Shown here piece after piece: positions 30,610-41,842 of a stretch of DNA of 62,733 bases. The notes below the pieces were generated by a model that saw only the letters and a list, made by a program, of their open reading frames with translations, was not told the origin of the DNA and did no database searches. The DNA comes from Eubacteriales bacterium. GTDB lineage: Bacteria; Bacillota; Clostridia; Lachnospirales; Vallitaleaceae. Each line of letters starts with the position of its first letter. Position 1 is the stretch's first letter. The position numbers and the translations under genes are program-made. Where the stretch lies: assembly GCA_030535295.1 (NCBI GenBank), contig JAUMXK010000001.1, positions 1-62,733 of the forward strand, in the 5' to 3' direction.

Positions 30610-31365
30610 TTACTTGTGAAAATGAACTGTAAAATTGCACTTGTCCCCACGAGTGTATGATTTTGAATATTCAATCACTCGTTGATTCTCGTCATAGGTT
30701 GTGCAGGAAAATAAAAACACGGTTTGCGTATCCTCAATATTTATCAGTCTAGCATCCGACCGACTAAGCTGTACCAAATCAAGTGTTTGCCATGCTCTGA
30801 CGGGATTTACCCCATAAAATTTATAGATTTCAAACATACTGAACACTGAAATATCCACTTCTTCTAAATTGGGTACCAAATTGTAAGGAATATAAATTTC
30901 CTGCATGGCAATAGCCTCTTCATTGGCATAATCCAAACGCTTAATATAATAGACGGTATCTTCCGGCGCAATCTTTAAAATCTCAGCAATATGCTCACCT
31001 GCCACCCTGCATTCCCGTATTAAAATCTTTTTTGCCGATTTGGCATTTTTTTCATTCATGGTTTGAGAAAAACCGCCCAATACTTCCAAATCTCTCTCAA
31101 ATTTGACCATCACATAGACCCCCTTGCCATGAACTCTTTTCAGTAGTCCTTCTTTGACAAGAGCGTCAATCGCATTTCTGACCGTCAGCCGATTGATACC
31201 ATAAGTTTCTGCCAATACATTTTCAGATGGAATCGCCGTTCCCGGCGGATATTCTCCATCTTCAATCTTCGAGCGAACCACTTCCCTCAATTGCAGATAA
31301 ATCGGCGATTGATAATCTATTTCCTGTTTTATATCCTGGTTTTTTTCTTCCGTTTTTTGCAACAT
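30610..31365 (-). CDS. GntR/HutC (UTRA) regulator, FrlR-like
   Basis: PSENVLAETYGINRLTVRNAI...HGKGVYV plus UTRA domain. Confidence 0.88.
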   Translation of the reverse strand: MLQKTEEKNQDIKQEIDYQSPIYLQLREVVRSKIEDGEYPPGTAIPSENVLAETYGINRLTVRNAIDALVKEGLLKRVHGKGVYVMVKFERDLEVLGGFSQTMNEKNAKSAKKILIRECRVAGEHIAEILKIAPEDTVYYIKRLDYANEEAIAMQEIYIPYNLVPNLEEVDISVFSMFEIYKFYGVNPVRAWQTLDLVQLSRSDARLINIEDTQTVFLFSCTTYDENQRVIEYSKSYTRGDKCNFTVHFHK

Positions 31366-31374
31366 AAATCTCCT

Positions 31375-32160
31375 TTACCACGCACCATGATATCCGATGG
31401 TTTGGCTGGCATTTTCCGCACCCAATTTCATACAATCCCTAATAGACTTTTCTTCCATAATTCCCTTCAAAAAACCGGCAATATAGCTATCTCCTGCACC
31501 CATAGTATCCACTACTTGACAGGGCACAATGCCAAAGGATATAAACTCTTTCCCGTCGTAAACAAGACTGCCCTTTTCTCCCAAAGTGACAATCACCAGC
31601 TTTGGCCCCTTAGCATAAAGCTCTTTCATTTTTTGCCTTAATTCCTCTGTATCTCCAAAATCTGAGGCAAAGAAGAAGTAATCCGCTTGCATAACTGCCA
31701 CCTGTGCCGCTTCATCTTCCGGACGGGTAGCCGCATCAAAGGCAACTTTCACTCCTCTTTGTCTTATTTTCTGTAAATCATGGTGCACATTTCCCCAAAG
31801 ACCGGTCACCACTAAGTCGTGGCTGCATAAGAAGTCAATTTCCTCCTCTGTCAATTGAAAATCTGCCAATACCCCTTCTTCATAATCGCCAAAGACTCTT
31901 TCACCATCTACAAGCTCCACATGGGTTATGGCTGTATTCCCTTCCACAAAACGCACATGAGAGGCATCCACTCCTTTTTGAGCAATACTGTCTTTCATCA
32001 ACTTGCCATAAGTATCTGTGCCCACAACTCCGGTGTAAGATGCATTCCCACCCAGTCTGACGAAATACACCGCCACATTGACCGGATTTCCTCCCGGATA
32101 TGCCCTTCCATCTAAATCATATACATCGATACAGTTATCTCCCACTGCAGCCAGTTTCAT
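31375..32160 (-). CDS. frlD: Fructoselysine 6-kinase (PfkB family)
   Basis: VGDNCIDVY, PGGNPVNVAVY, RVFGDYEEGV, VDTMGAGDSYIAGF. Confidence 0.9.
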   Translation of the reverse strand: MKLAAVGDNCIDVYDLDGRAYPGGNPVNVAVYFVRLGGNASYTGVVGTDTYGKLMKDSIAQKGVDASHVRFVEGNTAITHVELVDGERVFGDYEEGVLADFQLTEEEIDFLCSHDLVVTGLWGNVHHDLQKIRQRGVKVAFDAATRPEDEAAQVAVMQADYFFFASDFGDTEELRQKMKELYAKGPKLVIVTLGEKGSLVYDGKEFISFGIVPCQVVDTMGAGDSYIAGFLKGIMEEKSIRDCMKLGAENASQTIGYHGAW

Positions 32161-32180
32161 ATTTTCACCTCCGCAATTTT

Positions 32181-32927
32181 CTATTTTCTTGTCAGTTCAC
32201 TGGCAAAGCAAACCTTTTCCGATTTGATGATTTCTTTGAAACATTCTATGATTCTGTCATTTTCATCCGAAGTAATGCCGGATTGATAAATCACCGCTTT
32301 TCCGACCTCTGTTTCCAGCAAAGTCGCTTCCCATTCATCACAGGTGGAAATGCTGAGCTTGGAAACACCATTTTTGATAGAGATGCCATACTCTTTTTCC
32401 AAAATATGGTAGAGCGAGTTCACAGAAAAATCGTACTGATTCAAGTTCGGAAAAATATCCGAATCCAGATATACCGTAGATATCACTACCGGTACATTCT
32501 CCAAATATCTTACTCTTTTTAAAAGCCATAATTTATGCCCCAAAGGCAGTTTCATTTTCTTGCCAAGACTTTTGTTTACTTCTGTCAAGCCTATTTCCAA
32601 AACCTTGGTCGAAACTTGCCGGCCAGCAAGTTCTGCCGCTTGTTGAAATCCTCTGGTATCCTGTAAATTTCTCACCAGCTTTTCCGGTGCTACAAATGTC
32701 CCCGAGCCATTCTTATTATAGATTCTTCCTTCTGAAATAAGTTGTTTTATTGCTTTTCTGAGGGTGGAACGGTTGCAATTCCAAAGCTCACACATCGTTC
32801 TTTCAGAAGGAAGTCTATCATCTGCCTTCAATGCATTTTTTACGATGTAATTCTCAATTTTTTCTATGGCTTCCTCACGTGGTTTTATACCCTTTTCATT
32901 CATGGCAGACATTCTCCAATCCATCAT
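32181..32927 (-). CDS. Second GntR/HutC (UTRA) regulator
   Basis: LPSERTMCELW...RSTLRKAI...GSGTFV plus UTRA domain; start may be at 32903. Confidence 0.88.
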   Translation of the reverse strand: MMDWRMSAMNEKGIKPREEAIEKIENYIVKNALKADDRLPSERTMCELWNCNRSTLRKAIKQLISEGRIYNKNGSGTFVAPEKLVRNLQDTRGFQQAAELAGRQVSTKVLEIGLTEVNKSLGKKMKLPLGHKLWLLKRVRYLENVPVVISTVYLDSDIFPNLNQYDFSVNSLYHILEKEYGISIKNGVSKLSISTCDEWEATLLETEVGKAVIYQSGITSDENDRIIECFKEIIKSEKVCFASELTRK

Positions 32928-32953
32928 TTTATTGCATACATTGCTTTAAAATA

Positions 32954-32982
32954 ATCTTAGAACATCCTTTTGTAAATGTCAA
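32954..32982 (-). promoter_or_regulatory. Internal sigmaA promoter for the distal frl genes
   Basis: TTGACA (32982-32977)-17 bp-TAAGAT (32959-32954). Confidence 0.55.
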
Positions 32983-33009
32983 CATTAGAGCCAAGGATTC
33001 CCTATTCCG

Positions 33010-34380
<1,371 letters not shown>

Positions 34381-34474
34381 TCACCTAATGTTAATATGCA
34401 TCGTTTCACATTTCTTAGAATTACCAAACAAGAAATAAAGTCTTACTTCCTTTTTTTACAGAAAACACATCTTA

Positions 34475-34903
34475 CTATTCTCCCATTACTTGAATCAGGA
34501 TAGTTCGTTCTGCCGGACCGTCAAATTCACAGAAAAACACATCCTGTGCTCCTCCTTTGACAATCTCACCATCACTTATAATCAAATGACAATGATTTCC
34601 TGTCAAAAGAGATTTCAAATGCCCTGTCGGGTTGCCGGCAGTAGAGCCATAATCTCTCAGCATTCTGGCATGAGCATAAAAATCTCCTTCCGGTACCAAT
34701 CTTGCCAAAAAATCATGGATGTCACTTTCCAGACATTCTAAACTCTCGTTTACCATAATACCTGTAGTCGTATGTTTGCTGACAACATTTACAATGCCTT
34801 CTCTTATCCCGCTTCTTTCTACTACTTCGGTAACTTTATTCGTGATGCAAATCCATTGATTATATTGCGTTGTTCGAATGGTCAACGACTCTAAAATTAC
34901 CAT
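34475..34903 (-). CDS. YjbQ/UPF0047 family protein
   Basis: HTTTGIMVNE, GHLKS, EFDGP motifs. Confidence 0.88.
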   Translation of the reverse strand: MVILESLTIRTTQYNQWICITNKVTEVVERSGIREGIVNVVSKHTTTGIMVNESLECLESDIHDFLARLVPEGDFYAHARMLRDYGSTAGNPTGHLKSLLTGNHCHLIISDGEIVKGGAQDVFFCEFDGPAERTILIQVMGE

Positions 34904-34915
34904 TTCACCACCTCC

Positions 34916-35764
34916 TTAGATACCTCCCAAAAACTCAATGGCATTTTCTCCTTTTATTAATTTTAATGTACTTTCTCGAAAGCCCAATTTTTCCAAACTG
35001 TTTGCCATACGAATTTGCTCAAACCGTGGATTATTGCTACCAAACATCACCTGATGCCTGAGACTTCTATCTATCCATGTACTTGGAATGTCTTTTTGAA
35101 ATACTTGTTTATAAAATTCCTCGGCGCTATCAAAATAAAGGATTGCCATATCCGCATAGATATTTGGATATTTCAACAGTAACATTGCGGTTTCTCTTAC
35201 CCACGGCCAGCCGAAGTGAGCCAGACACATATTCAGTTTCGGCCGCTTTATCGCCAGTTCTTCAAATTCCAAAGGATGAGAATATTTAGCCGGACAATTT
35301 GGTTCCCAGGAAAATCCGCTATGAAAGATAATCGGTTTTCGATATTTTTCACATATATCATAAATTTTGTTCAATCTATCATCATAAGGGTACATTCTCT
35401 GCCTTGATAAATTTAACTTCAGGCCTTTTAATGAAAGCTCCGTAAAAGCTCTTTCCAGTTCCGTTTCTGCATTCTCACTTTTTACATCAATGCTCGCAAA
35501 TCCGATAAATTTATCCGGCGCCATATCTACCAAACTTTTGATTTCCTCATTACTGACAAGCGGACTACCATATTCCGAGCGATAATCCTGGGGAAGCAAA
35601 CACAAATAATCCAGTTTTGCACAATACATCTGATTGAATATATGCTCGAGAGATGCTGTACCGTTTTTGTAGATATGAATCGCTTCATGCCTTATGCCCT
35701 CTTTTTCCTTATTCTGATTAATCGGCGCATAAAAAGTAGGATGAACATGCATATCAATAAACAT
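34916..35764 (-). CDS. Amidohydrolase_2 family metalloenzyme
   Basis: IDMHVH, LKGLKL, FHSG, LAHFGWPW, VMFGSNNP. Confidence 0.85.
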   Translation of the reverse strand: MFIDMHVHPTFYAPINQNKEKEGIRHEAIHIYKNGTASLEHIFNQMYCAKLDYLCLLPQDYRSEYGSPLVSNEEIKSLVDMAPDKFIGFASIDVKSENAETELERAFTELSLKGLKLNLSRQRMYPYDDRLNKIYDICEKYRKPIIFHSGFSWEPNCPAKYSHPLEFEELAIKRPKLNMCLAHFGWPWVRETAMLLLKYPNIYADMAILYFDSAEEFYKQVFQKDIPSTWIDRSLRHQVMFGSNNPRFEQIRMANSLEKLGFRESTLKLIKGENAIEFLGGI

Positions 35765-35800
35765 ATTTACTCTTCCTTTCTCAAGATTTACACTAAACTC

Positions 35801-36631
35801 CTAAAATCCTGCCTCTTCCATCATACTGCGGACATTGTCAATGGCACGTCTGGCATAAAGTCTAGGTTCATTGATGTAATTGGTCACAAGCTCTAAAGTA
35901 GCTGTTCCCTGATAGTTCATTTCTTTTAATTCCTTGAGCAATTCTCTTAGCGGAATCGAGCCTTCTCCCGGAACCAGATGCGTATCCGTACCGTAGTCAC
36001 CATCTATCAAATGCAGATGATACATCTTGTCTTTTAGTTTATCAAAGTATGCCAAAATACTTTCGTGCTGAACAAAAGGCGGTACCAAATCACACATTCC
36101 CACCACATAAGGAGAGTTTACTTTTTCAAATAATTCCACTGCATCATTGGCACTTTTGAAGGCATTGCTCTCAAATGGAGTCAAGGTCTCCACCACCAAT
36201 TTCACATTATTTTTTTCTGCATGCTCTGCCAGTTCCTGTACGGTTTTGACCATTCTGCTCCATATTTCCCGATAAGTGGTCAAATATCCGGCATGGGAAG
36301 GAGATATAAGCATGTAATCACTTTCCAATTCCTTTGCCATATCAAGACAACATTTCAAATAATTCACCGCATCCTGCCTTTGCAGTTCACTGCCAATCAT
36401 AAAATTGTACGGATAAGCATTATGCTCCGGTGTATAGCCACGAACCGGCATGTTATACTTTTCGATTAATGTCCATACTTGTTTGATTTCTCCGGCCTTT
36501 AAATCATAGGCATAAGCATGAGGACGGCCTCCCCACAATTCTATGAAATCATACCCAAATCTCTTGGCATCCTGAAAACAATGTTCCAACGGATTTCTTT
36601 GATATCCTGATGTAAATAAACCCAACTTCAC
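35801..36631 (-). CDS. frlC: Fructoselysine 3-epimerase
   Basis: MKLGLFTSGYQRNPLEHCFQDA, ELWGGRPHAY, YTPEHNAYPYN, ELVTNYINEPRLYARRA. Confidence 0.9.
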   Translation of the reverse strand: MKLGLFTSGYQRNPLEHCFQDAKRFGYDFIELWGGRPHAYAYDLKAGEIKQVWTLIEKYNMPVRGYTPEHNAYPYNFMIGSELQRQDAVNYLKCCLDMAKELESDYMLISPSHAGYLTTYREIWSRMVKTVQELAEHAEKNNVKLVVETLTPFESNAFKSANDAVELFEKVNSPYVVGMCDLVPPFVQHESILAYFDKLKDKMYHLHLIDGDYGTDTHLVPGEGSIPLRELLKELKEMNYQGTATLELVTNYINEPRLYARRAIDNVRSMMEEAGF

Positions 36632-38064
36632 TGTAATTGCCTCCTTTCGTCATTTTCTTTTATCATTAGTGAAAGCGCTACTCCCAAATTTCGGTGCGCT
36701 TCTCTATCAAAATGGATTCCGTCATTACCCAATTTGCCAATGACACTACCTGCCTCAAAAAATAGACATTGATGCTCTTTTGCTATTTCACGATATACTT
36801 TTGGAATTTCCCTGCTTTTGAGAATGGCCTCTTCATCAAACATGCTGTCGTTATTTGGTTCTATCGGAACCGGAGATATCAAAATAACTTGTGTCTTCAC
36901 CTTTTTATTTTGCAACACATAATTTGCCTTTAAAAGCAACTCTTCCATTCCGTATCCGGACTCCACAGCATTCACGTGAAAATGTGTCTTGGTATCATTG
37001 GTTCCCAACATGATAATCAGATAATCTAAAGGTAAGTGTGACAAAATTAAAGGATGGATATGTTGAATACCACAACGTTCCGGCTCCATCAAATCAGAAA
37101 AGACAGTTGTTCTGCCGTTCAACCCCTCTTCCACGATACGATAGTCTTTTCCCAGTTCACTCGCCAATACCCCGGTCCATCGCTCATCCTCTTCATATCG
37201 TTCTCCTGTTTCTGGATTGTATCCCCAAGTATTGGAATCTCCAAAACACAAAATTCTCTTTTTCCGATGTCTGACCCAAGGCTCAAAGACGGAAACTACT
37301 TGTGCTGCTATTTTCGCACCGGTTTCCAGACATTTTTTCAAGTCATTCTCTTTCAAATATTCATACAAAAATCCGGCAATAAAGCTATCTCCTGCACCAA
37401 CGGTATTGACCACTTCGGCAGGATAAACCCTGCCTTCACAATATTGCCTACCATCATAAGCCAAACTTCCCTTTTCTCCAAAAGTCGCCACCGCAACTTT
37501 CATTCCTCTTTGGATTTTGTCTGCCAGAAAATCTTCTATCCATTTATCCCTACCTTTGTGATAGGAGTAAAATCCAAGGTCTACATACGGCAACGTTTTT
37601 TCCACTAATTCATGCCCTAGCCGATCCGCATAATCAAAGCTGATGAGACATTTCGAATTTTTCTTTTTTATTTTCGGTAGAGCCTGCTCCGCTTTTCCCC
37701 ATAAGGCTGAATGAACCAGTTCATGACCGGCTGCAAAACAAATGTCTTCTTCCTCAAAAACTATACTTGCCATAACGCCTTCCATATAGTCACCATGCAC
37801 TCTATCCAAACCGTCCATGTCCATATAGGTGATTGCCGTAGAGCCTTCTGAGGTTTTAAAATGTGATAGATTCACGCCTTCTTTTTGAAGAGTCTCTCGC
37901 ATCCACTTGCCGTTTTCATCTGATCCTGTGGTACTTATCACCGAAACTGTCGCTCCCAACTTCGCCATATTTACACCGGTATCGACTACATTTCCTGTAG
38001 GATATTTACGCCCCAACCTTTCATAGACATCAATGCAATTATCACCCATCATTGCTACTCTCAT
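36628..38064 (-). CDS. FrlD-like PfkB kinase fused to an SGNH/GDSL hydrolase
   Basis: N-terminal MGDNCIDVY...VNTVGAGDSFIAGF; C-terminal ILCFGDSNTWG, EEGLNGRTT, MLGTND, DGIH. Confidence 0.88.
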   Translation of the reverse strand: MRVAMMGDNCIDVYERLGRKYPTGNVVDTGVNMAKLGATVSVISTTGSDENGKWMRETLQKEGVNLSHFKTSEGSTAITYMDMDGLDRVHGDYMEGVMASIVFEEEDICFAAGHELVHSALWGKAEQALPKIKKKNSKCLISFDYADRLGHELVEKTLPYVDLGFYSYHKGRDKWIEDFLADKIQRGMKVAVATFGEKGSLAYDGRQYCEGRVYPAEVVNTVGAGDSFIAGFLYEYLKENDLKKCLETGAKIAAQVVSVFEPWVRHRKKRILCFGDSNTWGYNPETGERYEEDERWTGVLASELGKDYRIVEEGLNGRTTVFSDLMEPERCGIQHIHPLILSHLPLDYLIIMLGTNDTKTHFHVNAVESGYGMEELLLKANYVLQNKKVKTQVILISPVPIEPNNDSMFDEEAILKSREIPKVYREIAKEHQCLFFEAGSVIGKLGNDGIHFDREAHRNLGVALSLMIKENDERRQLQ

Positions 38065-38902
38065 TTTCTTCTCCTATGTTGTCACAATGATTTTCTATAC
38101 TTCTATACTTCCATACCACCTGCATAAATTCTCTTACTCTGTTTTCGTTCACATGCGCCGTGAAATCGCCATTTTCTTTAAATGTAGTGCCGACCACTGC
38201 CGCATCGGCATATTGCAGCTTGCGTATAATAGTGTCTTTTTTACATCCGGTGTTGCAAATAACTACGGTTTCCGGCAGAGCTTCTTTGACTTGATAAATC
38301 AAATCATCGTCTACATCTTGTCCCGCTGCAGATGCAGAAATACAAAGTCCATCCGGTTTTGCCTTAAAGATAGTTGATTTTGCTATGCTGACCAGTTCTC
38401 TTTTATCTAAATTTTGATCCGATTCCGGATTGATAAAATAAAGCATCTTTAAATTCTTTAAAGGAAGGGCGGCTTTTCGTCTTAGTAATTTGGCAAAATC
38501 ATTGTTGTATAGCCCCCCATCTCCTACATAAACACCACTGAAGGTTCCTCTAACAAAATCAGCATCCACCGCAGCTGCCAGCTCAATGGTCGCCAGCCCA
38601 TCAGAAATACAGTCTACACCAAACGGAATGTTAATTTCCCTTTTCAGTTCACCAATGACCCTAGCCATAGCTGCCGGTGTTACAAAGCTCATATTCCTTT
38701 CATAAGGAAGACTGAATTCATTGGAAAAAATCACGCCATCTACTCCACCGGATTGTAAGGCCAGCAAATCTTTTCTCGCCCATTCCACCACATCCGCCAT
38801 TCCCTTTTCCGGTGCAAACAAAGGATCTCCAGGTAATGCATTTAAATGTAACATCGCAATAATAGGCTTTTTCGTTTTAAATAATTCTTCCACCCAAAGC
38901 AT
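38042..38902 (-). CDS. BtpA/SgcQ family TIM-barrel protein
   Basis: KPIIAMLHLNALPGDP, SNEFSLPY, NTGC, AVVGTTFK. Confidence 0.88.
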   Translation of the reverse strand: MLWVEELFKTKKPIIAMLHLNALPGDPLFAPEKGMADVVEWARKDLLALQSGGVDGVIFSNEFSLPYERNMSFVTPAAMARVIGELKREINIPFGVDCISDGLATIELAAAVDADFVRGTFSGVYVGDGGLYNNDFAKLLRRKAALPLKNLKMLYFINPESDQNLDKRELVSIAKSTIFKAKPDGLCISASAAGQDVDDDLIYQVKEALPETVVICNTGCKKDTIIRKLQYADAAVVGTTFKENGDFTAHVNENRVREFMQVVWKYRSIENHCDNIGEENESSNDG

Positions 38903-38938
38903 AATTTCCTCCTTTGTCCATCAAGATAAATTATATAA

Positions 38939-38993
38939 GTATATATATTTTATATACCGATTTTAGGATATCATTTTTTGTGTATATTGTCAA
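38939..38993 (-). promoter_or_regulatory. sigmaA promoter of the frl operon with a candidate GntR operator
   Basis: TTGACA (38993-38988)-17 bp-TATCCT with TG extension; palindrome GTATATA-N5-TATATAC (38939-38957) downstream. Confidence 0.6.
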
Positions 38994-39257
38994 GTTTTTA
39001 ATAATTAATCAATTAATTATTGATATAAATATCTATTTACAAAATTATTCTAATTTCTTTTTAAAATAGTTTTATATTATATTTTATTGTTGAATCATTA
39101 TTTTAAATATGATATTATCAAGAAAAGTGGTATGTATTTAAAACATTCTTATTTATCACAAAATTATGTAAGAAGCACTTTTCTTCATTGCCATATATCG
39201 CGACATAACATCCCGATATATGGCAATCCCGAGATTTGTTCTCCAAGGAGGTTTTCT

Positions 39258-40811
39258 ATGAGTACACATTATTTTATGGGAATTGATACCGGTACCAATT
39301 CCAGTAAAGGCGTATTAATCGACCAACATTGCGAAATCATTGCCACTCACTCTACAGAGCACGCTATGTCCAATCCATGCCCCGGACATTATGAGCATGA
39401 TGCCGAAAAAGATTGGTGGGGTGACTTCTGTATTATCAGCAAAGCTCTGATTGAAAAAAGTCGAATAAATCCGAAAGATATTCTGGCTGTCGGAATCAGT
39501 GCTTTGGGGGCGGACTGTCTGCCTGTGGACGAACATTGCACTCCTCTTAGAAAAGCAATTTTATATGGAATTGACTCCAGAGCCATCAAAGAAATGGAAC
39601 AATTAACGAAAATGTACGGAGAGGCACAAATCAAGAAGTGGTACGGCAGACCCCTTTGCTCCTCGGATGTCATGCCTAAAATCTTATGGATTAAGAACAA
39701 CGAACCCGAAGTTTATGAAAAAACCCATAAGTTTATTACTGCCTCCACCTATCTCACCGCCAAATTGACGGGTCGCTATGTAGTAGACCGCTTTCTGGGA
39801 CTTGCCAGCTTTAATCCTCTCTACGATGCGAATGGCCGCCCCAATCCGGAACTTTGCGCTCCGATTTGCCGCCCTGACCAATTGGCAGAAATCCTGGAGG
39901 CCAATGATATCGCCGGCGGCGTAACCGAAAAAGCTGCCTTGGAAACCGGACTGGCCGTAGGCACTCCCGTCATCACCGGCACGGATGATTCCGGTGCAGA
40001 GGCCATCAGTGTGGGCGTTGTTTCTGCCGGAAAAATGATGATTCAATTCGGTTCTTCGATTTATATGATTTTGGGAACAGAAGAATTGGTGGATGACGAC
40101 CGACTTTGGAGAGAGAACTTTATTGTTCCGAATCTGTGTGACATCTCTGCCGGCACCAATACAGCCGGTTCTCTGACCAAGTGGTATCGAGATTGCCTAT
40201 TTCCGGATGCACTGGCACTGGAGCGTTCAGGCGGAGAAGATGCTTATCAAACTATGATGAAGGGAATCGAGAATGTTCCTATCGGCAGTGACGATTTGAT
40301 TACTCTGCCTTATTTTGCCGGTGAACGCACTCCTATCAACGATCCTTTTGCCAGTGGTTGTATTCTGGGACTGACTCTGGCCCATACCAGAGCTCACCTC
40401 TACCGCAGCGCTTTAGAAAGTGTGGCTTATTCTGTTCATCAACAAATTAAAATGATGGAAGAACACGAAAAAGTGCAAATCGAGCAAATCTATATTGTAG
40501 GTGGCGGTGTCAAAAATGATATTTGGATGCAAATCGTTTCCGATGTTTTAGGCAGAGAGTTACACGCTCCGCTAATTACTATCGGAGCATGCTTTGGCGA
40601 TGCCTTAATGGCTGCTACCGCTGTAAAATACAAGGGTTTTGAAGACTTTGCCGCCCTTTCTGCCCATATCAAACCGGATAAGGTCTACAAACCAAATCCG
40701 GAAAACCATAGAAAATACCAAAAATACCAAGCGATTTACGAGCGTATGTATCCACAACTAAAATCCTTGATGCACGAGCTTGCCGACTGCCGTAAATCCC
40801 TGCTTCCATAG
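39258..40811 (+). CDS. FGGY-family carbohydrate kinase (xylulokinase-like)
   Basis: MGIDTGT, AILYGIDSRA, LPYFAGERTP, VGGG; start behind AAGGAGG. Confidence 0.9.
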   Translation: MSTHYFMGIDTGTNSSKGVLIDQHCEIIATHSTEHAMSNPCPGHYEHDAEKDWWGDFCIISKALIEKSRINPKDILAVGISALGADCLPVDEHCTPLRKAILYGIDSRAIKEMEQLTKMYGEAQIKKWYGRPLCSSDVMPKILWIKNNEPEVYEKTHKFITASTYLTAKLTGRYVVDRFLGLASFNPLYDANGRPNPELCAPICRPDQLAEILEANDIAGGVTEKAALETGLAVGTPVITGTDDSGAEAISVGVVSAGKMMIQFGSSIYMILGTEELVDDDRLWRENFIVPNLCDISAGTNTAGSLTKWYRDCLFPDALALERSGGEDAYQTMMKGIENVPIGSDDLITLPYFAGERTPINDPFASGCILGLTLAHTRAHLYRSALESVAYSVHQQIKMMEEHEKVQIEQIYIVGGGVKNDIWMQIVSDVLGRELHAPLITIGACFGDALMAATAVKYKGFEDFAALSAHIKPDKVYKPNPENHRKYQKYQAIYERMYPQLKSLMHELADCRKSLLP

Positions 40812-40875
40812 TATAAAGAAGGAAACTAGCTTTCAAAAGGAGCCTGCTTCTAACACTTCCATAAATACAACATCA

Positions 40876-40915
40876 AAAAGCTTTGAACAAAGATTTCTCT
40901 TTATTCAAAGCTTTT
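40876..40915. terminator. Bidirectional terminator
   Basis: AAAAGCTTTGAA...TTCAAAGCTTTT between convergent genes. Confidence 0.65.
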
Positions 40916-41008
40916 CCTGTTTCCGGTTTTTATTCCAATTCCTTTTCTATTCTCGAATAGAGTGCACTCCTCTGCTTTTCCTCTTTTGAGGCGGCATTTC
41001 GTAGAAAA

Positions 41009-41545
41009 CTATACTTTTAATTCCTTAAACAATGCTAAGAATCTATCTTCCACATCCTTGAATCTTCTTTCTTCAAAATCCGGCTCGGATATCATAGGAG
41101 GCATATTGTCAAAAACTCCTACCTCACGAAAAAACAAAAACTCATGATGCAAAACGACATCATCCATTTGAAATATCTGCTCCACTTCTTCTTCCTTTAA
41201 ATCTCCTAAGCCGAAATATGCAAAAATCATATCCTGCAAGTGTTTTTCAATTTCCTTGTATTTGTGCAAATGTTGTTTCACCGGTCTTGTAATGTCCGAA
41301 AGATATGCCTCACTGGCATCATGCAGCAAGCAGCCCAGCTGAACCCTTTTGGAAAATCCTCTGGCTTTGGCCTCTCGCACACAATTAAGACAATGCAAAC
41401 CCACCGAATAAAAGTGCTTAAAATGTCCGTTGGCTCTGGTCATCAGCGATAGAGCATGTGCAATATCTTCTATATGAATGTCCTTTGCAATCGGAGTGAC
41501 CGGATAAAATTTGGTACCTGTATAAGTAATAATATAATCTGACAT
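41009..41545 (-). CDS. HD-domain phosphohydrolase (YfbR/YfdR-like 5'-deoxynucleotidase family)
   Basis: DIAHALS...RANGH..FYSVGLH...LLHDASEAYLSDI..PVK; start moved to MSDYII behind AAGGAG. Confidence 0.82.
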   Translation of the reverse strand: MSDYIITYTGTKFYPVTPIAKDIHIEDIAHALSLMTRANGHFKHFYSVGLHCLNCVREAKARGFSKRVQLGCLLHDASEAYLSDITRPVKQHLHKYKEIEKHLQDMIFAYFGLGDLKEEEVEQIFQMDDVVLHHEFLFFREVGVFDNMPPMISEPDFEERRFKDVEDRFLALFKELKV

Positions 41546-41776
41546 AATCTCTCCTTTAGATTGTTCATTGTTATAATAAAGATAATAGTGGAATTTCATC
41601 TTAATATCAAGTATAATATCCCTTAATGTAAAAAAACAATAAAAAACAAGTTTACCAACATTCTTCAAAACGTCTTCAAACCCTTTGCAAACAAGGATTT
41701 GATAGTTTCTTTCCCTTTGCAAAAAGTCATTTTCCATAAAAGATTATTTAAAAAAGAATAATCTTCGAAAAAGGTA

Positions 41777-41825
41777 TTGACTTTTATATTAGACAGATGT
41801 AGAATGTCGTTAGACAGTTGTAGAA
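41777..41825 (+). promoter_or_regulatory. sigmaA promoter overlapped by tandem BlaI/MecI-type operators
   Basis: TTGACT-17 bp-TAGAAT; TAGACAGATGTAGAA (41790-41804) and TAGACAGTTGTAGAA (41811-41825) each resemble TACA-N2-TGTA. Confidence 0.8.
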
Positions 41826-41842
41826 CGAATGGAGAAAATATT

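Noticed and set aside
39087-39257. N-terminal extensions in the ORF track (FGGY kinase; likewise HD, yhaN-like, kinase, tlyA, rqcH)
   Set aside because: Downstream starts have clear Shine-Dalgarno sequences and match family N-termini.
41678-41723. Direct repeat CCCTTTGCAAA twice, as a possible att site
   Set aside because: Only 11 bp, with no integrase or element boundary nearby.
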